Part shown: in pieces, positions 62,501 to 64,000 of the stretch
Numbering within the stretch: position 1 is the first letter of the stretch
How the letters are laid out: every line of letters starts with the position of its first letter
NCBI RefSeq assembly: GCF_902652985.1
Contig: NC_047017.1
Coordinates: 41,850,001 to 41,914,000 of the forward strand
Direction: 5' to 3'
Source: Pecten maximus
Taxonomy: Eukaryota
DNA: 64,000 nucleotides
Notes under the pieces: model-generated
What the model was told of the DNA's origin: nothing
The model's input: only the letters and a program-made list of their open reading frames with translations
Databases searched by the model: none
Made by a program: the position numbers and the translations under genes

Positions 62501-64000
62501 TGGTTCATAAGTACACTGCAAATATGTATAGGCTTAACAAGCAAATCACTCAAAACGATAATGTACATAGCATAACTAGTTTTATGTCAATCTTCATTTT
62601 GTAGCTCATCGCTTCTTGAACGTTGCACAAATGTCCATTTCCTTGCAGCTGGTAATTATTATCTATTCAGACTGTGTTTATCTCAGTATATTTATATTGA
62701 GGTTATTTGATATTTCATATTATTTTTTCACTGAAAATTACAAACATATTCTGGCAGCTTCCTTCGCTCAACTGCCCACGCATATTTTTTTAAAACTATT
62801 TAGGCGTTTGGAAATATGTGACAAAATAGCACCAAATTCCTCTTCATCTTGGGTTGAATTTAGAATTTGAAACCTGCGCTATGCCACATAGAGAAAGAGA
62901 AGAACGGTTGTTTTTGTTAGATCATCGGATAACGTGCTGTCACTTTTATTTAAAATTAGTTATTTAATATAAAAACAATGACTAATAAGGCTGTGGTGAT
63001 GGAGCATCTATATTACGGACTTATATTCATGTATTCTACTTGTTCGCCTGAAGAAAATAAAGTATTGTTTTTTTTCTTCAAATTTTAACATGAATTGTAC
63101 GAATGCGCGTTATGCGCGTGTAAACATAATGAAAGTGCGAAATAACTACCATGATTTGAAAACTTCATCACATTCGGTTACTGAAAGTAGTTCTTTATCA
63201 GTATCAAATGATTTCCCTTGCGAATATACATGCATTATGTGAATATTATGCTAAACACATATAAATAATTAGTATTGTGATGCGGCTGGTTTGTAGTTTC
63301 GTAAATATCTATCTGACAGCTATTTTGGCCGTACGATTTAATTCACGTTAATTCTTCTGTTTGCAGATCCATGTGAACGGATGCCTTGTAGAAACCGTGG
63401 ATTATGTGTCCGTAGTAACACAGGAGATGCATTTACATGTCATTGTGTCGGCGGATACACGGGTGTTGCGTGTGAAATAGGTGATACAAAATTTGATATG
63501 CATGACAGAAAACAAATGTCATATCAGTGTCTAACAAATCATAACTTACCAAAGAACATAATGCAGTGTAGACTATAAGACAGAGATACATTTCGGGGAA
63601 TAATGATGGCCAAATATTCCTTCAATCTCATCACTTTAGCCATCATTCCTTCTACCACATTAATATACAGTACGTGATTTAGAGTTAAATAAAGCATTTA
63701 TATATGTACATTACCTACATTTTAGCTGTTCTACGTGTAATATTTAGGAAACTGTTTAGAAATGCTTGTAATTTCTATATCGACGACAATGTTTCGTAAT
63801 TGTCTATATCGACGACATGATTTAAAATTATTATATAACAACACTGTTTTATAATTTCTATATTGACAACGATGCTTTGTTATTTCTACAATGCGAACAC
63901 TGTGTTGTAGCCCCGGATCCGTGTGCATCACAGCCATGTAAAAACGGCGGGACATGCTTCTTACTGTACCGATTCCAATACAGGTGTGCTTGTCCGTTAG
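56532..64000 (+). CDS. Secreted/cell-surface protein with Sib/'integrin beta-like' N-terminal region, beta-rich modules and EGF repeats; 3' end off the window
   Basis: Phase-consistent exons: 56532-56645 (MDPYYYLVGLVLLAG signal peptide, EYLGGSMRY), 56935-57215, 58199-58345 (RSDTGIPNRSP), 58813-58951 (IPTVDPDQDFVSCR), 59563-59727 (VEDFP..LSQTPVQ), 60089-60228, 60439-60615, 60983-61026, 61530-61567, 61729-61829, 62130 (or 62076)-62279, 62605-62651, 63367-63480 (EGF, 6 Cys), 63911-64000 (EGF, partial). The exon 2 acceptor is an uncommon GAG. Confidence 0.85.

Overview
Eukaryotic, AT-rich, intron-containing DNA. The repeat types suggest an invertebrate, probably a bivalve mollusc (inference). Positions ~1-47.1 kb carry a head-to-tail minus-strand array of seven six-exon short-chain dehydrogenase/reductase genes (SDR9C, BDH1/BDH1L-like, with an N-terminal membrane anchor), here called A-G. 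A is cut by the window edge, C has a +1 frameshift in exon 5, and G is the most divergent. The paralogs differ mostly at substrate-pocket positions and show mosaic ancestry. From 56.5 kb a plus-strand multi-exon gene encodes a secreted protein with a Sib/'integrin beta-like' N-terminal region followed by EGF repeats; it runs off the window. Interspersed elements include a DIRS1-type retrotransposon relic, an Ngaro-type retrotransposon with an SGNH hydrolase, two Kolobok-like MITEs, a Crypton-like hairpin element, SINE/LINE fragments and seven minisatellites. For three minisatellites the seed is still visible: a DIRS reverse transcriptase coding motif, an exon/5' splice-site junction, and a single intronic monomer kept in a paralog. 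All exon coordinates were derived by hand from GT-AG sites and phase continuity; no database searches were run.
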